Source: Octopus vulgaris
Taxonomy: Eukaryota
Assembly (NCBI GenBank): GCA_951406725.2
Contig: OX597820.1
Coordinates: forward strand, 90,582,001-90,646,000
DNA: 64,000 bases
Direction: 5' to 3'
In this document: positions 58,254-64,000 of the stretch, in pieces
Numbering within the stretch: position 1 is the stretch's first letter
Layout of the letters: each line of letters begins with the position of its first letter
Translations under genes and position numbers: made by a program
Notes under the pieces: model-generated
Databases searched by the model: none
Told to the model about the DNA's origin: nothing
The model's input: only the letters and a program-made list of their open reading frames with translations

Positions 58254-58986
58254 GGTGGTTGGAAAATAACTATGGAATTTTCAGTATCGCTGAAGTTATG
58301 ACGAAAACATTTTAAAGCAGATAACACTAATGGGGATTTCTTATTTACTTATTGTCTTATATCTTATTTCTTATTTTCCAGATGCCCGGTCGCTTGACTG
58401 TTCAGCAGCGAGCTAAGATAGCAGCACGCTATGAAGTGTGGAATTCCATTGTCTCAGAGATGGTGGCATTCATGGAAAAGTAATCATGCAGCACCATGCC
58501 CGGTGGCAATAAAAAGTTGTCATGCAAAGCTGATGACCAAGTGTTCTGTGAACGATGCAAGAAGGGCCGTCCAACCACATCCCGAGCAGCAGAGAACGTG
58601 GCAATAGTGCACGAAATATTTAATCGCATAAGACCAGAAGTCCATAACTTCAAGAAATCCGACTCTCACTCCATGTAATTTTTATCTGTGAGGTTACGCA
58701 ATAGGGGTGTACAAGACAAAACCTCGCACACCGGAAGACTTGAAGACGCGGATTGAGGATGTTATCAAGGATATCCCAGACGATGTTCTTCAGAAGGTTC
58801 TTCATTCCAACCTTGGCCGTTTTAGGGATCTTGTTGAAGCCACCGGTGCTTACGTTGAAATATAAAGATTTACTTTCATTTTCCAATGTAATAAAAAATA
58901 TGTTTCATTTGTGTAAATAAATTTGTAAAAGAAAATTTGATTTTATTACCAATTTTTAATACCTACTTACTTTTCACCCACCTGTA
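58250..58986 (+). mobile_element. Internally deleted Tc1/mariner-superfamily element
   Basis: KGRPTTSRAAENVAIV, LTPCNFYL*GY and VYKTKPRTPEDLKTRIEDVIKDIPDDVLQKV peptides; TIR-like ends CGGGTGGTTGGAAAATAACT / ACTTACTTTTCACCCACCTGTA. Confidence 0.8.
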
Positions 58987-59212
58987 TAAATATACACACA
59001 TAGATAGAGAGAAAGAGAGGGAGAGAGGGAGAGAGATAGGGAGAATGAGAGAGAGGAAGACGTAGAGAGAATTATGAAATAGATAATAGTAGGGAGAGAG
59101 AAGTAACTTTTCGTACACGAATTTATATATTTTTAATCTGAATATAATAAATTCATACATATATTATGTATGTAAATATCTATGCATGTATGTATGTACA
59201 GACACACACACT

Positions 59213-59300
<88 letters not shown>

Positions 59301-59539
59301 TATATATATAAATATAATTAATCAATATAGGGTGGCAAAAAAATTTTGTAGAATCTTATTGCCACCAGCGGCCTAGTGGGAAAAAAAAATAGTCATAAAT
59401 CATTTTTAAGTTCAACATCACAATCAAGGAACGGCCATAATAGGCCATTCACCCACTAGAAATAACAGCCAAAAGCTTCAACCGCAAAATAATATCAATT
59501 CCGTAAACCAGGAGAAAATTAAAAAACATTTACCCTGTA

Positions 59540-59646
59540 ATTTCTTATACGATGCACCGTTTCATCTACTGTTTAATGGTAAACTAACCTGATTAAATTA
59601 AATCAAGCCAATCTACCATAGGCCCTTAGATTCATCAGTAAGAAAT
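59540..59646 (-). ncRNA. Type I hammerhead ribozyme (array unit 1)
   Basis: Reverse complement of 60794-60900 with all core nucleotides intact. Confidence 0.9.
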
Positions 59647-60030
59647 AGCCAAGTTGGAACAGATATTTTTCACGAGGCATTCTCATCCCTGCCTCGGCCA
59701 TATCTGACCTAACATTTTCAAATCATCGCACTCGCGCCAAATTTATCGGCAGCAAATAAATATAAGCCGCCGATTCCATTACGGAACTAACCAGAAAATT
59801 CATAATTAATCAATATAGGGTGGCAAAAAAATTTTCTAGAATCTTATTGCCACCAGCGGCCTAGTGGGAAAAAAATTAAATAGTCATAAACCATTTTTAA
59901 GTTCAACATCACAATCAAGGAACGGCCATAATAGGCCATTCACCCACTAGAAATAACAGCCAAAAGCTTCAACCGCAAAATAATATCAATTCCGTAAACC
60001 AGGAGAAAATTAAAAAACATTTACCCTGTA

Positions 60031-60137
60031 ATTTCTTATACGATACACCGTTTCATCTACTGTTTAATGGTAAACTAACCTGATTAAATTAAATCAAGCC
60101 AATCTACCATAGGCCCTTAGATTCATCAGTAAGAAAT
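60031..60137 (-). ncRNA. Type I hammerhead ribozyme (array unit 2)
   Basis: Same as unit 1 except one substitution in the stem III loop (TGTA instead of TGCA). Confidence 0.88.
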
Positions 60138-60518
60138 AGCCAAGTCGGAACAGATATTTTTCACGAGGCATTCTCATCCCTGCCTCGGCCATATCTGACC
60201 TAAAATTTTCAAATCATCGCACTCGCGCCAAATTTATCGGCAGCAAATAACTATAAGCCGCCGATTCCATTACGGAACTAACCAGAAAATTCATAATTAA
60301 TCAATATAGGGTGGCAAAAAGAATTTTGTAGAATCTTATTGCCACCAGCGGCCTAGTGGGAAAAAAAATAGTCATAAACCATTTTTAAGTTCAACATCAC
60401 AATCAAGGAACGGCCATAATAGGCCATTCACCCACTAGAAATAACAGCCAAAAGCTTCAACCGCAAAATAATATCAATTCCGTAAACCAGGAGAAAATTA
60501 AAAAACATTTACCCTGTA

Positions 60519-60623
60519 ATTTCTTATACGATGCACCGTTTCATCTACTGTTTAATGGTAAACTAACCTGATTAAATTAAATCAAGCCAATCTACCATAG
60601 GCCCTTAGATTCATCAGTAAGAA
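60519..60623 (-). ncRNA. Type I hammerhead ribozyme (array unit 3, stem I shortened by the inversion junction)
   Basis: Core intact; 6 of 8 stem I pairs remain (TTCTTA/TAAGAA). Confidence 0.85.
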
Positions 60624-60793
60624 CAATTGATTAATTATGAATTTTCTGGTTAGTTACGTAATGGAATCGGCGGCTTATATTTATTTGCTGCCGATAAATT
60701 TGGCGCGAGTGCGATGATTTGAAAATTTTAGGTCAGATATGGCCGAGGCAGGGATGAGAATGCCTCGTGAAAAATATCTGTTCCGACTTGGCT

Positions 60794-60900
60794 ATTTCTT
60801 ACTGATGAATCTAAGGGCCTATGGTAGATTGGCTTGATTTAATTTAATCAGGTTAGTTTACCATTAAACAGTAGATGAAACGGTGCATCGTATAAGAAAT
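60794..60900 (+). ncRNA. Type I hammerhead ribozyme (inverted copy of the array)
   Basis: Stem I ATTTCTTA/TAAGAAAT; core CTGATGA; stem II ATCTA/TAGAT enclosing a long hairpin; GAAA; stem III ACGGTGCATCGT; GUA triplet, predicted cleavage after 60892. Confidence 0.9.
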
Positions 60901-61058
60901 TACAGGGTAAATGTTTTTTAATTTTCTCCTGGTTTACGGAATTGATATTATTTTGCGGTTGAAGCTTTTGGCTGTTATTTCTAGTGGGTGAATGGCCTAT
61001 TATGGCCGTTCCTTGATTGTGATATATATAAATATATATATATGTGTGTGTTTGTGTG

Positions 61059-61660
61059 TACGTGGTCTTATCAATAAGTATCCGGACTGTGTGCCGTAGT
61101 AACGAAGCTAACACATGCACAGTAAATCTGCTTGGTGAAGATTGAACTTGAACTCTGCTTTGAATGCGTACTAAGTTTTAATGTAAAATGCTTAGAAGGA
61201 AGGTGTGTAGCTTTTAATCGTAGCATTGACCATGGCAGTGAAAGTTGTCATGGCGATAACCGCTCAGACGCTCACGCAAAGTTATAAAAAGCACACGGAG
61301 AGGAATGTACGAGTGGTTGAGACAGTTCCAAGATGGCCGAAAAATTCTCGATACTGACGAAAGTTCTGGGCGACCCTCAACCAGCTCTACTGATAAAAAT
61401 AATGTAGATGTGCATGAAGCTTTGAGGGGAAATCGTCAAATCACCATTCGTGAGTTCTCAGAGGATGTGCAAATTACTTAAGGTTGAGTTTAGTCCATTA
61501 TCACTGAAGACTTGGGTCTGAGACTCATGTCTGCCAAATTTGTGCACAAAACTGTTTTCAACTAACCAAAACGGCACTCGAGTTTCAGTTGCTCAAGTTC
61601 TACTTCATTGTGTCGAGAGTGATGAAATCTTTTTGAAAATTTTGCGTAGGCCTCTGAACA
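61059..61660 (+). mobile_element. Mariner 5' remnant
   Basis: TIR-like TACGTGGTCTTATCAATAAGTATCCGGACT; peptides WLRQFQDGRKILDTDESSGRPSTS and NRQITIREFSEDV. Confidence 0.75.
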
Positions 61661-62652
61661 GGTATCGTCAAGCTTTTGGCAAATTTGATGCAGATTCTCT
61701 GCTCAGTTTTGGCTGGCGGGGTCAATACGACTTGAAAGCAAATATCGCTGTTTCACTTTATCCTCTATTTCAATTGCTACTCTCTTCAAAGCATACAGAA
61801 ATTAAAACAATTTTACGGAAATTAAACACAGAATCATAAGATCCCATATATGTCGAGCTGACAACTTTGCTTCTTCAAACGAAAGAATGCCACAAAATAA
61901 CTTTCTTTGATACATATTCGCTCTAGGTAAAACTTCTGTTCGAATTATGTTATTTCTTGCAGTGTGCATACGCAAATTTACAGCTCAAATCCAGTTGAAA
62001 TGATCTTTTTCTATTGGGTAATTTGTGATTATGATCAACATATCTAAAAACCTGATCTTTGATATAAACTTGAAAGGAAGTTTTCCCAGAAATCCTGTCC
62101 TTTATCTCTTCTTTCTAGCATGTTCGAGGTGACATTTCCTTCTACTTTTTTCTCCTAAATTCCTTCCAATTCCTATGTTTGCGAAACAGAAGACTACGAT
62201 TTAATCCGCAAAATACATTTGCTGTAATTCAATTTTCTCCCTCTCCACACCAAATTCATTTTTATCAGATTTCTATTCTTGGTAAAATACGGAAAAAAAA
62301 CAGTACGAATTTTAAAGAATTTTACCCTTCACCTCAAAACCTACACACTCCCAATATTTTACTTTTATCTTTTTAGAAAACGGGTAAGTTTCTTCGGAAA
62401 TAATGTCATTTACCTGTTGTTTCTAGCGTGTCTGTTTTCTGGTGGCGGTCTGGTATATTTAAAGTCTACTATTTCAATAGAATTCTACGCATGCGGAAAT
62501 ATCACCCAAAAATGAAAGATTGGAAGGTTTCAGCTCTTTGAAAGCTGGTAGGTGGTGGGTGTGCAAGGTGGAGGAAAGGGGATTTTGTGTTTCATTAAAC
62601 AATAATATATGTATATATATATATATATATATAATGTATATAATGTATATAA

Positions 62653-62717
<65 letters not shown>

Positions 62718-64000
62718 TACAGATATTACAAATCCGTTAAATATGTATATATGTATGTAAGTGCATATATATATATGTGTGTGTGTGTCTGTGTATTTCC
62801 CATACTTGTAATCTCTGTATTTTCTACAGAGATTACAAGCAAATTCGAAAAAAGATACATATTAAGAAATTGTAGTGGGTGTAGGTGGAATTTGATATTG
62901 AATACGTGATTTCTCGACAAAATCGTATTAACCCCCCTTTTATACTATGAAACAATACATAGGTTCTGAACCTTCTTAAGAACAGAAACCACATTCATGC
63001 AAATTCTACTCTCACCCTTTACTACTAAACAAACAATGACTTCCATTATTCCATTAACTATACGTTACCTGTGCCGATTCTGCACATAAGGAGCAAATAA
63101 TACAATGTGCTTGTAGGTCATGCATTGCAAGTATATTCGTAATAAGGTAAATGTAGATTATGCATATTCAAATTTTATGTTATCTACCGTAATATTATAT
63201 CCTTCCTCTTACTATATATAATGTCCATCAGCAATGTTTGTGACAAACTGTAAGTAATACGTTTAAGCTACTGGGAAAGGAAATTCAGGCATTTCGTAAT
63301 TGTAGCTATTACGTAATACTGTACAAACAAAACAGTGCAAGAATTGAGTATGTTGTTGGCTAGCTTTTACTCCGGTGCAGTCTCGATTTAGGCTGCTATT
63401 TTCGGTTTCGTTTTTCCATTTACTCTGCTAAATACAAGATACAAGAAGAAATATTTAATACATCGATTTTAATCGATTTTGTCATTGATTACGTGTATAA
63501 AATATACTGTAGTCAATTAAGGTGTAGCATCAAAATGTAAATTTATCGACGACTGATATTTAAATGAAAAAGGGAATAAATACACATTTTTAAAAACTGT
63601 GAAGTGCAATATGTCAAGTTTTACACCAACTAGTTTGATCATACATAAGATAGAGTGTGAAGATACGGCTAATTAAACAGTATGCAAATTTTTTACAAAA
63701 TCTAATGACAGGGTAGTGAAAATTAATTCATAATGATTTCTATAGCCATAGATTTGAATTAATATATGCATATCCAAATTATATAGATATTCATATATTC
63801 TGAGACTTATTGGTTTAAATAATTTATGTACATATGCAGTTTTAGAAAATATTTCCTTTGCGCCAGAAATAAACGTACTTGAAATAAAAGCGAATTATTA
63901 CACCTAGAAGTGATTATGACCTACATATAACTCAGACTTCAGACAGTCTACAATCTGACATCAAGACGTTCTACAAATTTGTGATAATTACCAACAACTT

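Larger units (their letters stand above)
59314..61023. mobile_element. Non-coding tandem array of ~490-bp hammerhead-bearing units (about 2.7 direct copies plus one inverted partial copy); retrozyme / Penelope pLTR-like
   Basis: Units start at ATAATTAATCAATATAGGG at 59314, 59802 and 60293; the third stops at 60623. An inverted copy runs 60626-61023. Copies are nearly identical, each has an HHR, and both ends abut (TA)n. Confidence 0.9.

Overview
AT-rich, microsatellite-dense eukaryotic non-coding DNA (intergenic or intronic). The repeat content is consistent with an octopod cephalopod genome; this is an inference from the SINE types, not a database result. No intact host protein-coding gene is evident, and almost all listed ORFs are artefacts of (TA)n/(CA)n/(GAT)n tracts. 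The window holds many tRNA-derived SINEs from several modular families, decayed Tc1/mariner and pogo/Tigger transposons, decayed LINEs, a Penelope-like ORF remnant and a U6 snRNA retrocopy abutting a multimeric SINE. The main observation is a set of type I hammerhead-ribozyme (HHR) motifs in unrelated repeat families. The clearest is a non-coding ~490-bp tandem array at 59314-61023: three minus-strand HHRs spaced 488-491 nt apart plus one inverted copy. It has the architecture of a retrozyme or Penelope pLTR that could release a circular RNA. A near-perfect 419-bp palindrome at 8460-8878 carries an HHR in each arm. All inverted HHR pairs point outward and lie in or near (TA)n tracts.
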